Assembly: GCA_031549085.1 (NCBI GenBank)
Contig: JAVBQL010000021.1
Span: 5,422 to 69,421, forward strand
Direction: 5' to 3'
Length of the DNA: 64,000 nucleotides
Source: Spirochaetota bacterium
GTDB lineage: Bacteria; Spirochaetota; GWE2-31-10; MWDO01
In this document: piece by piece, positions 40,751 to 51,249 of the stretch
Layout: each line of letters begins with the position of its first letter
Position numbering within the stretch: position 1 is the stretch's first letter
Notes under the pieces: generated by a model
Databases searched by the model: none
What the model saw: the letters and a program-made list of their open reading frames with translations, nothing else
What the model was told of the DNA's origin: nothing
Translations under genes and position numbers: made by a program

Positions 40751-41389
40751 TTAAGTATTAAGCTTCCCCTTATTCTGTATCCTTGATAAAAAATTGAAAG
40801 ATTTTATAAGCATTATAAGATAATATAAGACAAATATAACCATAGTAATAACAAGTGGTAAGAATATAAGTATAGCTTTTGTATCTATAAAGATACCATT
40901 AAAGGATATAAAGTTGCATACTTTTAGCGATACAAAGGTATAGAATGGTAGAGAGTAACCGAAAAATATGATAAATGTTAAATATCTCCATTTACGGGAG
41001 AGGGCTCTATTTTTAAAGTATCTAAGACCACTCTCCATTATTTTTGATATAAGTATCAAAACAATAGACATCAATATTGGAAAGTAGAGAGCAATAACCT
41101 GATAGATTTCATTTTTGTAGAATATTATATCAAGAATGTTCGTTGCAAAAACAAGATATGTGAGAAGAAGTGCTATTATTGTATGTGCAAATGGATAGAT
41201 TCTATGTATCATAGTTAAGCCCACTACCATTATAACAGTGCCAACTATCTCAAGTCCCACTATACTAAGTAGAGTATTTGGTTTTATCAAAAAGAATAGA
41301 AAATATCTTGGTTTTATTACCCAAAAAGCTATACCAACCAGTATAAGCTTTAATGATAAAAGAAGCTCTTTTGTTTGGTCTTTGTCCAA
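40751..41389 (-). CDS. Hypothetical integral membrane protein
   Basis: About 6 hydrophobic segments; TTG start after GGGGAG. Confidence 0.65.
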   Translation of the reverse strand: MDKDQTKELLLSLKLILVGIAFWVIKPRYFLFFLIKPNTLLSIVGLEIVGTVIMVVGLTMIHRIYPFAHTIIALLLTYLVFATNILDIIFYKNEIYQVIALYFPILMSIVLILISKIMESGLRYFKNRALSRKWRYLTFIIFFGYSLPFYTFVSLKVCNFISFNGIFIDTKAILIFLPLVITMVIFVLYYLIMLIKSFNFLSRIQNKGKLNT

Positions 41390-41420
41390 AAATCTTCTCC
41401 CCTTTTTTAAATAGCTCTAC

Positions 41421-42662
41421 TTATATATAATCAATAGGCTTTTTTGCCTCTATATTGTTTGTCAGTTTTGCTGCAATTATCATAAATATTGATGTTGTTA
41501 GTATATCAAAAAATATTCCAATTCTTGACAATATAGGGACAAAAACTAGAAATAGAGGATATCCAGCCTTCTCTAAATGTAGATCAGGAATACTTAATAT
41601 CATCGATAGTATAGCAATAAAACCAAACTCATTAATCCCGTCTAATAAAAATGAGAATATAAACAGTATTCCAACAATTTTTAGAATAAAGAGAAAATTT
41701 AGAAGATTTGCAGAGTAGATTAGTATTATTGTTATAAGGGTAACTGTTGATACTATAATTGTTCCCGACTTATTTAAAACTAATGATATTGGTGATAGGC
41801 TATCAGCAAGCTCTTTTTTAATTCCTATATTTTTTTTCAAGTGCTCATTTAATGGCATAATTGATGCCGCAGTGTTTCCTGAAACAAGCCCCATAAGACA
41901 AGCACCAAGGATACCAAGATAAAATTTAAAAATATCTTTTTTAAAGAGGAAAAATAGAATAATTGTATATATTATTGTTAGTGTGAAGGATATTAACAGT
42001 ATCGCTGAAATTGGTTTTAGTATGAATGTAAGATTATTCTCTATAAAGATGTTTCCTCTAAAGAGGTTTGCTATTATAAATACTGCTGCAAAAGGGTATA
42101 TATCCAATATTAAGTTTACAACGATTTGTAATATATCATCAAAAGAGGTTGTAACCTCTATAAATACTAGAGATTTTTTTGAAGCATAGAATGAAGCATA
42201 GCCAAAGAGAAGTCCAATAAAAACTATTGGCAATATAAATTGTGTTCCAGACTCTAATGCTGTAAATAGATTTTGATTTACTATTTTATACAGAATATCA
42301 CTAAAAGTGGATGTTTTTACAGGCTCTCCACCTATTATTGTCATTGTAACTTCATCTTGCTGGAATCCAGTTATATTCATAAAGCTTACTGACAAGAGTA
42401 TTGAAACAAGAAGAAAAACAGTTATAAATATAACAAACAACAGTGCTATTTTTAATCCTGGAATCTTATTTTTTTTGAATCCATAAAAACCAAGATATGT
42501 TTTAATTAAAACATATAAAACTGTTAGAAATAGGAAAAAATTAATTGCAACAGTTGAAGTTAATTTAAATAGTTCATCAAAAAAAACTACGTTTTTTGGA
42601 AGTAAAATTCCAACAACAACTCCAATACCAATACCTATAAGTGTTTTTAACCATAATTTCAA
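41421..42662 (-). CDS. Dicarboxylate/amino acid:cation symporter (DAACS) family
   Basis: KTLIGIGIGVVVG N-terminus, SGNTAASIMP and LNKSGT motifs; multi-TM. Confidence 0.8.
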   Translation of the reverse strand: MKLWLKTLIGIGIGVVVGILLPKNVVFFDELFKLTSTVAINFFLFLTVLYVLIKTYLGFYGFKKNKIPGLKIALLFVIFITVFLLVSILLSVSFMNITGFQQDEVTMTIIGGEPVKTSTFSDILYKIVNQNLFTALESGTQFILPIVFIGLLFGYASFYASKKSLVFIEVTTSFDDILQIVVNLILDIYPFAAVFIIANLFRGNIFIENNLTFILKPISAILLISFTLTIIYTIILFFLFKKDIFKFYLGILGACLMGLVSGNTAASIMPLNEHLKKNIGIKKELADSLSPISLVLNKSGTIIVSTVTLITIILIYSANLLNFLFILKIVGILFIFSFLLDGINEFGFIAILSMILSIPDLHLEKAGYPLFLVFVPILSRIGIFFDILTTSIFMIIAAKLTNNIEAKKPIDYI

Positions 42663-42997
42663 AATGTCTCTCCAACCTATTTGGCATATAACGATAGTTT
42701 TACCTTATACTAAAAGAATCATAAAATGTCAAAAAAATATTTTTTGCTCTATTCTATTTATTTCGATTAAGACTATTTTTATAGATTATTTATAGTATAT
42801 CTGATATAAATGTGCTATATAATATGAACATTTAAAAAGCCTTAACTTTTCTTACTGTTATTAAACTGTTGTTTTTATCTCTGTTTAAGTATGGTTGTTG
42901 CTATTGGCTCTCTTTTTAAATTTATTAAATAAAGTATTTTTTTATTTAAGGTAAGCTAAATTACTATTTTAATAATATAGATTTTTTTGAGGTAGAT

Positions 42998-44575
42998 ATG
43001 GGTTCAAAAAAAGATAGTAGGGTTGGACTTTTCTTACAGGTTAGAATAGATTCAAGTAGACTTCCCGGAAAGGCTCTTATGTTTTTGCAGGATAAGACAC
43101 TCTTGGAGTGGTGTCTTTCGAGACTTAATGATACTGATGTTGATGTTAAGGCTATACTTACTACTAAATATAGCGTGCGTTATCTCTCTCCTATAGCAAA
43201 AAAATATGGTTGGCATATCTTTGTTGGAAGTAGGGAAGATCTTTTATTGCGATATACTAAAGCAGCAAAACATTTTAATGTTGATACTGTTATAAGAGCT
43301 ACTGGTGATAACCCATTTTTATCAAGCGAGGTTGTGGTTGAAACTTTGGATCTATTTAATCAATCTGAAGCAGATATATCACATCTAACCAATCTTCCAT
43401 ATGGAAGCGGGGTTGAGGTTGTTAAGATCTCTGCCTTAATAAAAGCCAATAGTGAAGCTGCAATTCATTATGACAGAGAGCATGTCACCCCATATATTTA
43501 TAAGAATAGTAACATATTTAAAGTAGTTTGCAGAGATTCAAGTGATGAGCTTTTAAGAAGAGGTGATGTAAGAATAACTGTTGATACAGATGAAGACTAC
43601 AAAAGAGTCTCTATTCTTGCAAAAACAATGGTAGAGAGTGGCATAGAGATGACCTTAAAAAATATCATATTTACATATGATAAAATAGATTGGAATAATC
43701 AATATTTCAACTACAATGAGAAAATATTACTATTCAATAAAGAGATTACGACTCTTTGCCCTTCGTGTGGAACTATCATAACTGAACTTAAGTATAATAA
43801 TGAGGCTTTTGACATATACTATTGTCAAAAATGTGATTTATACTATACTGTTGGAACTAATGATTATAAAGAGATCTATGTTGATAGATATTTTGTTGAG
43901 GAGTATAGAGAACAGTATGGCAAGACTTATGAGGAAGATAAAAAAAATATTCAAAAGTTTGGTCTCTTAAGACTTGATTCTATAAAGAGCTATTTTAAAA
44001 ATGTTAAGGGATTAAAGCTTTTAGAGTATGGTTCTGGGCTTGGTTTTTTTAGTGAGCTTTGCGAGAAAGAGGGGATCTCAACACTCTCTCTTGATATATC
44101 AAATTATGCAGTCAGTTATATTCAAGAGAAGTTGAAGTTTGAAGCTATTTTGGATAATGGTTCATACCTTGAAAAAAATGATGTAAAATTTGATATCATT
44201 ACAAGTTTTTATGTAATTGAGCATATAAAAGATTTTGAAAAGCTTCTATATCTTTTTTCTTATCATTTAAATAAAAATGGAGTTCTTGCTCTCTCAACTC
44301 CAAATGGTTCAGGTTTCTCAGTAAAGTATAATTTTGATGAATATAAAAATAGTCATCCAAAAGATCACTTCTATATTTTTACACCAAAGTTTTTAAAGAG
44401 AGAACTAAAGCAGCTTGGTTTTAAAAACATAAAAATAGAGATAACAGGACACCACCCTGAAAGATTTTTTAAGTCAAAAAAAATAGATAATAAATTTTTA
44501 ATGAAAATTTGTCTTTTAATATCAAAGATATTTAAGCTGGGAGATACTTTTGAGATCTATGCTCAAAAGAGATAG
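42998..44575 (+). CDS. SpsF-type cytidylyltransferase fused to a Zn-ribbon and a class I SAM methyltransferase
   Basis: QVRIDSSRLPGK, RATGDNP, REHVTPY, RITVDTDED; then CPSC..CQKC; LEYGSGLG, VIEH, STPN. Confidence 0.85.
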   Translation: MGSKKDSRVGLFLQVRIDSSRLPGKALMFLQDKTLLEWCLSRLNDTDVDVKAILTTKYSVRYLSPIAKKYGWHIFVGSREDLLLRYTKAAKHFNVDTVIRATGDNPFLSSEVVVETLDLFNQSEADISHLTNLPYGSGVEVVKISALIKANSEAAIHYDREHVTPYIYKNSNIFKVVCRDSSDELLRRGDVRITVDTDEDYKRVSILAKTMVESGIEMTLKNIIFTYDKIDWNNQYFNYNEKILLFNKEITTLCPSCGTIITELKYNNEAFDIYYCQKCDLYYTVGTNDYKEIYVDRYFVEEYREQYGKTYEEDKKNIQKFGLLRLDSIKSYFKNVKGLKLLEYGSGLGFFSELCEKEGISTLSLDISNYAVSYIQEKLKFEAILDNGSYLEKNDVKFDIITSFYVIEHIKDFEKLLYLFSYHLNKNGVLALSTPNGSGFSVKYNFDEYKNSHPKDHFYIFTPKFLKRELKQLGFKNIKIEITGHHPERFFKSKKIDNKFLMKICLLISKIFKLGDTFEIYAQKR

Positions 44576-45740
44576 TTTTATAATACTATTTATATTTATT
44601 CTTTTTCCTCTTTCAAGTTATGATAATAATTTCTACTCTGTGAATAAATTAATCTCATTTTTGGGCTTGAATAGCAGCTATAAAGTTGTAAGCTCTATTG
44701 TTACAGTTAAAAAAGGCAAGAAAAGTGCAGATATTATGCTTAATTCCAACTTCATCTATCTTGGAGATAAAAAGATATTTCTTGATGAGTTTACAAAGAG
44801 TGAGCAAGGGGAATATTTCATAGCCAATTCTGGAGCCATAAAGATTTTAGAATTTTTTAGTGATGATGAGAGCAGCTATTTTTTGAAAGATGGAGAAATT
44901 TATCAGAAGCTTTCAAAAAAAGAGTCTATTGTTGATAGCCCGCTTAATAAATATGATGATCAAAAACCTGTAACAGTTTTACCAAAAGAGAACAGCGGAA
45001 GTTCTGTTAATACTAAGCCAAGCTATGTGTTTAGACACCAAGATTCAATCGATGAAAAAAAAAGTAAAATAACTACTATAATAATAGATCCTGGACATGG
45101 GGGAAAAGACCCCGGAGCGGTTGGATTTAATAATAGAGAGAAAGATATTGTATTAAGAATGGGGCTTATTCTTCAAGATAAACTAAAGAAAGAATTTAAT
45201 AGTAAACGAATAATATTAACGAGGCAGGATGATAGGTTTATTGAGCTAGAGGAGAGAGCAAATATTTCTAACAGAGCGTATGATAAGTATGGACAGACAA
45301 TATTTATATCTGTCCACGTAAATGCTCATAGATCGAATAAAGTATTTGGTTTTGAGACTTGGTACCTTCTTTCTGATTATGAAAGAAAAGTTTTGAAAGA
45401 TGCAAATATAAAAGATAAGAATATAGAAAAAATTCTAAACTCTATGATCAACTATGAAATTTATCAAGAATCAAAATCGCTGGCACAGATGGTTCAAGAT
45501 GGAATGGAGAAGCAGATTGGTAAAAAATCAAAAAATAGAGGGATTAGAGAGGAGAGCTATTTTGTAATAAAAAGATCAATTATGCCCTCTATTTTAGTTG
45601 AAATAGGATTTGTTACAAATAGGAATGAATCTGATATGTTGACAAAATATGCTTATTTAGATAGTATAGCAACAGGCATAGTCGAGGGGATAAAGGAATT
45701 TGTTAATGAATTTGAAAAAAGTGATGGCTTCAGAAATTAG
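44559..45740 (+). CDS. N-acetylmuramoyl-L-alanine amidase (Amidase_3)
   Basis: IDPGHGGKDPGA, EKD, ISVHVNA, ILVEIGFVTN. Confidence 0.93.
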   Translation: MLKRDSFIILFIFILFPLSSYDNNFYSVNKLISFLGLNSSYKVVSSIVTVKKGKKSADIMLNSNFIYLGDKKIFLDEFTKSEQGEYFIANSGAIKILEFFSDDESSYFLKDGEIYQKLSKKESIVDSPLNKYDDQKPVTVLPKENSGSSVNTKPSYVFRHQDSIDEKKSKITTIIIDPGHGGKDPGAVGFNNREKDIVLRMGLILQDKLKKEFNSKRIILTRQDDRFIELEERANISNRAYDKYGQTIFISVHVNAHRSNKVFGFETWYLLSDYERKVLKDANIKDKNIEKILNSMINYEIYQESKSLAQMVQDGMEKQIGKKSKNRGIREESYFVIKRSIMPSILVEIGFVTNRNESDMLTKYAYLDSIATGIVEGIKEFVNEFEKSDGFRN

Positions 45741-46245
45741 TAAAAGAATTCTAATTAGCGTTTTACTTATACTTATTCTCTTTTTTATCTCTTTTTTTGC
45801 TGTAAAAAAGAGATATTATCAAACTCTCTTTTTTCCAGCCAGTAGTGCAAATAAATTGTTGGCAGAAAAAAGGGAATTTAATTGGAAAAAAACAGAGAGA
45901 GAGAGAATTACTAACCTTGTTGAAGAGATTTTAATAGGTACCATGAATAAGAGAGCTTTAAGCCATAGCAATCAAAATTCTAAATTAGTTAACCTATTAA
46001 TAGAAAATGATAGAGTTATATTAAATTTAAATAATGAATCTCTTGATTTTATAATATATAGTAATGTTAATAATTATCCAAATCAATTATATGAATTCAT
46101 TTATTCAATAACAAATTCTATCTGTTTTAATTTTAGATCGATAAAACATGTGAAATTCTACTTTAATGGCATATTATATGAATATTTGGATACCAATTTT
46201 CAAGGAGAAAATGGTTTTTCTCCAAATTGGAAGCTTTTATATTGA
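45724..46245 (+). CDS. GerMN-like hypothetical protein
   Basis: N-terminal TM; VEEILIG, SITNSICFNF..IKHVKFYFNG; lies between the amidase and flaA as in Treponema and Borrelia. Confidence 0.65.
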   Translation: MASEISKRILISVLLILILFFISFFAVKKRYYQTLFFPASSANKLLAEKREFNWKKTERERITNLVEEILIGTMNKRALSHSNQNSKLVNLLIENDRVILNLNNESLDFIIYSNVNNYPNQLYEFIYSITNSICFNFRSIKHVKFYFNGILYEYLDTNFQGENGFSPNWKLLY

Positions 46246-46384
46246 TTTAATTTTAAAGTTTTTAAGGTTTTTTATAGATATTAATAGATAATGTTGAATA
46301 AATGATATTTTCATTTATTGATGTAGAATATATTTTTGTTAAAATTAATTTTTTATAAAACTAAATATATTTTTATTTAATTTA

Positions 46385-46414
46385 TTGACAATTTAAGTAA
46401 TGATCGTATATAAT
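46385..46414 (+). promoter_or_regulatory. Sigma70-type promoter of flaA
   Basis: TTGACA-18bp-TATAAT. Confidence 0.7.
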
Positions 46415-46467
46415 GAAAACGGTCTTTATTATAAAAGAATTTTAAAGGTTTTATAAAGGAGTGAAGA

Positions 46468-47646
46468 ATGAAAAAATTGATTACACTCATTCTAGGAGTT
46501 GTATTTATTTTTGGGTTATCTACTGGTTTATTTGCTCAAAGTTCGGTTCTAATTGACTTTAATAAATTAAAGGCAGATACTGACATTAATGAAGATAGCA
46601 ACAGTGGTGATTCAAATGGAAATGATGCTCAATCAGACAAATCTGGCAAAAAACAAGAGAAAAACATGCAACATAAAGCTACTCTAGTTGATTTTGCAGG
46701 AGCGGCTGGTTCAAATTTCGATGACAATTCAAGAAGTAAGATGAAAATATCATTAGCACCTGCTAACTGGTCAGTTCAACTTAACTCTTCTGCTAACTCT
46801 ATAAACAATAGAGCTAACTCTAAATGTATTGAGTGGACATCTAAGGGTAAACCAGCATTGGTTTCTGAATTAGATGAAGATTCAAATAGCGAAGGAAGTG
46901 GAGATTCAGCTAACGCTAACAATGATGGAGAGAAAAAGGATGGCGGAAAAACTTATACTGTTTTGGGTATACGTATTAGATATCCAGAGGGACCTAACAA
47001 TGCTTGGGCTCTTATAAAACCTCCTTTTGAAATACCAGCTTATGCTGACGTTGATGAGAGTGGAGATGAAAACGCTTCTGCTAGCAATGAACAAGGAAAT
47101 GAAGAGAAGAAACCTGCAAAAGGATCTAAATTTGAAAATGGATATGGTGTAATTAAGAATGTTGGTACACTTAAATCTGTTGAAATATCAGTTTATGGTC
47201 TTAATCACAAAAATAACTTAAGTGTATTGTTAAAAGATTCTAACAACGCAACAAACGAAATAATGTTCCCTAGAAATTTGGATTTTGATGGATGGCAAAG
47301 AATTGCTTGGAATAATCCAAATTATATTACAGATGCTGGAAACAGACAACTTTATACTATACCTATGTATCCTTCAACTATTCCTTATATAAAACTTGCT
47401 GGTTTTAGAGTTTATAGACAAGGTGATCACGTTGGTGGAGATTTTATCCTTTACATCAGAGATGTAATTGTTAAGTATGACAAAGCATTCTTAGATGCTG
47501 ATTCTCCAATAGATCACGAAGCTGCTTGGGGTATACTACAAGATAGAACAGATGAAGCTAAGAGAAGAGAAGAATCTAATCTTGGAAACTATCAAGTGTT
47601 AAAATATCTAGAGACACAAAGAATGAATTGGACTAATGATCAATAG
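46468..47646 (+). CDS. flaA: Flagellar filament outer-layer (sheath) protein
   Basis: SVLIDFNKL, W.V.LNSS, VLGIRI.YP, PPFEIPAY, GYGVIKNVGTLKS, FDGW..W.NPNYI. Confidence 0.93.
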   Translation: MKKLITLILGVVFIFGLSTGLFAQSSVLIDFNKLKADTDINEDSNSGDSNGNDAQSDKSGKKQEKNMQHKATLVDFAGAAGSNFDDNSRSKMKISLAPANWSVQLNSSANSINNRANSKCIEWTSKGKPALVSELDEDSNSEGSGDSANANNDGEKKDGGKTYTVLGIRIRYPEGPNNAWALIKPPFEIPAYADVDESGDENASASNEQGNEEKKPAKGSKFENGYGVIKNVGTLKSVEISVYGLNHKNNLSVLLKDSNNATNEIMFPRNLDFDGWQRIAWNNPNYITDAGNRQLYTIPMYPSTIPYIKLAGFRVYRQGDHVGGDFILYIRDVIVKYDKAFLDADSPIDHEAAWGILQDRTDEAKRREESNLGNYQVLKYLETQRMNWTNDQ

Positions 47647-47670
47647 TCTTTGAGAAATGATCTAGCTATG

Positions 47671-47702
47671 AAAGCTCCACTTTTCTTGTGGAGCTTTTTT
47701 TT
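47671..47702 (+). terminator. Rho-independent terminator
   Basis: AAAGCTCCAC...GTGGAGCTTT followed by a T-run. Confidence 0.9.
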
Positions 47703-47765
47703 AAAAAAAGTTATATAGACTGATATTATTTTTTTTGCATAATTGAGTTTTTAAGGAATCAAATT

Positions 47766-49508
47766 ATGAATTTTTTTTCTGGTATAGCCGCCTCTCGTGG
47801 TATAGCTATAGGAAAGGCACACCTATATAATTATAAATTTCAAGTGCCAAAATATAATATTTCTGATATTCAAATAGATGCTGAAACAGATAGGTTTTAT
47901 GATGCTTTAAGAAAAGTAGAACAAGATTATAAAAAGCTTAAAATGGATCTTGAAAAAGAGGCGAGTGAGGATACTGCAAAGTTATTTGACGGTTCAATTT
48001 TGTTAACAAAAGATCATACTTTTATAAATGAAGTTTTAACAAGATTAAGGGAAGATAAAAAAAATATAGAGTGGATTGTATATGATGTAAGTGATACAAT
48101 ATTTAAAAAATTAATAATTCTTGATGATGAATTTTTTAGAGATAGAGCTGTTGATTTTTTAAATTTTGGAAAAAGACTAGTTAATACAATGCTTTTAGAG
48201 AAGAGCCAAAGTTTAGCAGATATTGATAGTGATGTTATTGTTGTATCAAACGATTTGGCAGTAAGTGATACAGCAAATATGAATAGACAGCATGTGCTTG
48301 GTATTTTGACTGAATTGGGTGGAGCAACCTCTCATGTTGCCATTGTTGCAAAATCTCTAAAAATTCCCGCTGTTCTTGGAGTAAAAGATATCTGTAGTAA
48401 AATAAAAGAGTCCGATTTACTCATAGTTGATGGTTATTCTGGTAAAACTTTTATTAATCCCGATGAAAAAACGCTTATCTTTTATAAAAAAGAGCGAGAA
48501 AGATTTGAAAATAGCGAAAAAAAGTTTTTATCAATTAGAGAGAAACCATCTGTAACACTTGATAATAGGGCTATCGCACTAAAAGTAAATATGGAGATCC
48601 CATATCAAGAGATTGATTTGGCTATGGATGTTGGATCTGACGGTGTTGGGCTCTATAGATCAGAGTTCTTATATTTATCAAATAAAGATAAAAAACTTCC
48701 ATCAGAAGAGCAGCAGTTTAATGCTTATAAATTTATACTAGAAAAATTTTCTCCAAAACCTGTTACAATAAGAACCATCGATTTAGGTGGAGATAAAATA
48801 CTTGAGGGATATACAGAGAGAGAGCTAAATCCGTATCTTGGATATCGTGCAATAAGGCTTAGCCTTGATAAACCAAAGATGTTTAGAGATCAATTAAGAG
48901 CTCTATATAGAGCCTCTATTTATGGAAATCTACAAATTATGTTTCCTATGATAACTGGGGTTGATGAGCTTGCTAAAATTTATAAAGAGATTCAGAATGT
49001 AAAAAAAGAGCTCACAAAAAATAGTATTCCATTCAGCAATGATGTTAAAGTTGGCACGATGATAGAGACTCCATCTGCAGCTATGCTTTCAGATTTCATT
49101 TGTGCCAAGTCTGATTTTGTTAGTATTGGTTCTAATGATTTGGTTCAATATACATTGGCTGTTGATAGAAACAATGATAGAGTTTCATATCTTTATCAGC
49201 CTTTGCACCCTTCTGTTATTAGAATGCTAAAACTTATAATTGATGGTGCTCATAAAGCCAACATAAAAGTAAGTGTCTGTGGGGAGATGGGGGGAGATAT
49301 GAAAGGTCTCTTGATTTTTATTGGGCTTGGAATAGATGAAGTATCAACAGGTGTTAATAATATAGATTTAGTAAAAAAAATTATAAGATCTGTCAACTAT
49401 AGCGAAGTAAAAGATCTAGTAGACTCTCTTTTTATTTTTGATGAGACATCAAAAATAGAGAAAGAGCTTGATAAATGGATTTCAAAACATCTGAAACATC
49501 TTATATAA
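47766..49508 (+). CDS. ptsI: PTS enzyme I
   Basis: GGATSHVAI, GVGLYRSEF, RTIDLGGDK, ELNPYLGYRAIR, SIGSNDL, CGEM. Confidence 0.97.
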   Translation: MNFFSGIAASRGIAIGKAHLYNYKFQVPKYNISDIQIDAETDRFYDALRKVEQDYKKLKMDLEKEASEDTAKLFDGSILLTKDHTFINEVLTRLREDKKNIEWIVYDVSDTIFKKLIILDDEFFRDRAVDFLNFGKRLVNTMLLEKSQSLADIDSDVIVVSNDLAVSDTANMNRQHVLGILTELGGATSHVAIVAKSLKIPAVLGVKDICSKIKESDLLIVDGYSGKTFINPDEKTLIFYKKERERFENSEKKFLSIREKPSVTLDNRAIALKVNMEIPYQEIDLAMDVGSDGVGLYRSEFLYLSNKDKKLPSEEQQFNAYKFILEKFSPKPVTIRTIDLGGDKILEGYTERELNPYLGYRAIRLSLDKPKMFRDQLRALYRASIYGNLQIMFPMITGVDELAKIYKEIQNVKKELTKNSIPFSNDVKVGTMIETPSAAMLSDFICAKSDFVSIGSNDLVQYTLAVDRNNDRVSYLYQPLHPSVIRMLKLIIDGAHKANIKVSVCGEMGGDMKGLLIFIGLGIDEVSTGVNNIDLVKKIIRSVNYSEVKDLVDSLFIFDETSKIEKELDKWISKHLKHLI

Positions 49509-49518
49509 ATTATAAAAA

Positions 49519-50136
49519 ATGCAAAAATCATATAGAGGTATAATTCATTTTCATTCAAATTTCTCATTTGATGGTAGTATCACAGTAGGGGAGTTAATTA
49601 ATTTTGCTGAAAAATATGATATCAATTTTTTCGCTTTAACAGATCATGATACTATAGAGGGCTCTCTAGCTTTAAAAAGAGAAGTTGAAAGAAAAAAAGC
49701 TAATATAGAAGTAATAATTGGTGCTGAATACTATACAGATGTTGGTGATATTATTGCTCTTTTTATAGAAAAAGAGATAAATAGACACTCCAATTTTTAT
49801 GATTTTATTAAAGATGTAAGAAGACAAGATGGACTTATCTTTTTGCCTCATCCATATAGATGGCATACAAAATTAGATGAAATAGTAAATTATGTTGATA
49901 GAGTTGAGGTTTTTAATATTGCTCATAGCGAAGAGATTGATAAAAAAGCACTTGTTCTTGCTAACAAATATAACAAAAAAATATATTATGGTAATGATGC
50001 CCATACAATAAACGATTTACCGAATTCGATTATTGAAATCAAAGGTAGCGGGACGTTAAAAGAGCTGTTAAAAGATGGTGAGATTACTCAAATCGTCAAA
50101 AAAAGAGTTATTAGATATGAATTGGGAGATCTTTGA
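49519..50136 (+). CDS. PHP-domain phosphoesterase
   Basis: HFHSNFSFDG, TDHD, GAE, HPYR, GNDAH. Confidence 0.88.
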   Translation: MQKSYRGIIHFHSNFSFDGSITVGELINFAEKYDINFFALTDHDTIEGSLALKREVERKKANIEVIIGAEYYTDVGDIIALFIEKEINRHSNFYDFIKDVRRQDGLIFLPHPYRWHTKLDEIVNYVDRVEVFNIAHSEEIDKKALVLANKYNKKIYYGNDAHTINDLPNSIIEIKGSGTLKELLKDGEITQIVKKRVIRYELGDL

Positions 50137-51203
50137 AGATTATTATGAAAAAAATCGAAATTAAAAAAGAGATTACAATAATAGAAAATGGTGGTTATTT
50201 CCCTGTTATTGTAAGAGATAAGAGTAGATTATACCTTTTTTGTAGAACTAATGGTGGTCATTATGGCAAAAATGGAAGTATTAGCTTATTGACCTCTCTT
50301 GATGGTATAAAGTGGGAGAATATCGGCGTTGTTGCATTTTCTGGAACAGATACTAGAAATCCTGCTTGCTATTCATCTAATGATGGAGAGCTATATCTTG
50401 CAGCCTTCAAATTTGATACATATTATGGAGAAAATGGAAGGGCTATACCAACCGATTCAAAAGTTAAAGATCTTTTTGATCTTCTTTTATATTGTGGTAG
50501 TTTAGATGGTAGGTTTAGAGAGCTTGATATAGATATAAAAAAATATTTTAATGGAAATGCAATCTCTCCATATGGGCAGATTATAGAGTATAAAAATAGT
50601 TTGATAATGGGTGTATATAATGGGAAGGGATATGCCTCTTTTTTACAATCATATGATAATGGCTCTACATGGGCTAGATATATAAATGTTGCTAAAGGAT
50701 TTAGAGAACCTGCATTTGCCTTATGTAATGATGGCAAGACTTTAATCGCTGCAATGCGTGGTGATCCTGATGAGGTTGGTAGTGATGGAACATATATTAG
50801 CTACTCTTTGAATAGTGATTTGGATAGCTGGTCAGAGCCTTTTTTGTTAACCAAAGATGAAACTCACCCAGCAACTATAACTAGGATAGATGATGAAACT
50901 CTAGTAATGGTTGTAGCACAAAGAACTTTGAGTAGACAAAGACTACTTCTCTATATAAGTAGAGATGACTTCAAAACATTTAATGGTCCATTTCAGCTTG
51001 GAAAAACTTACAAAAATTGCGATTTTGGTTATCCTTCAACAGTTCTTCTTGATAAAGACTCTATTATAACAGTGTTTTATAAAAAACAGTACCCAGACTC
51101 CTCCTATTTTGAAAGAGATAAATTTATGGAGCACTATTCAGAAATTGGAGCAAATGCTACTGCTTTAATATACTCATTAGATTCTTTAAAAAAGTTAGTT
51201 TGA
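50133..51203 (+). CDS. Sialidase/BNR-repeat beta-propeller protein
   Basis: Asp-boxes SLDGIKW, SYDNGSTW and SRDDFKTF; DFGYPSTV. Confidence 0.75.
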   Translation: MKIIMKKIEIKKEITIIENGGYFPVIVRDKSRLYLFCRTNGGHYGKNGSISLLTSLDGIKWENIGVVAFSGTDTRNPACYSSNDGELYLAAFKFDTYYGENGRAIPTDSKVKDLFDLLLYCGSLDGRFRELDIDIKKYFNGNAISPYGQIIEYKNSLIMGVYNGKGYASFLQSYDNGSTWARYINVAKGFREPAFALCNDGKTLIAAMRGDPDEVGSDGTYISYSLNSDLDSWSEPFLLTKDETHPATITRIDDETLVMVVAQRTLSRQRLLLYISRDDFKTFNGPFQLGKTYKNCDFGYPSTVLLDKDSIITVFYKKQYPDSSYFERDKFMEHYSEIGANATALIYSLDSLKKLV

Positions 51204-51249
51204 CAACTATATATTATTTATGTAGACTCCTATTAGATAGGAGATTATT

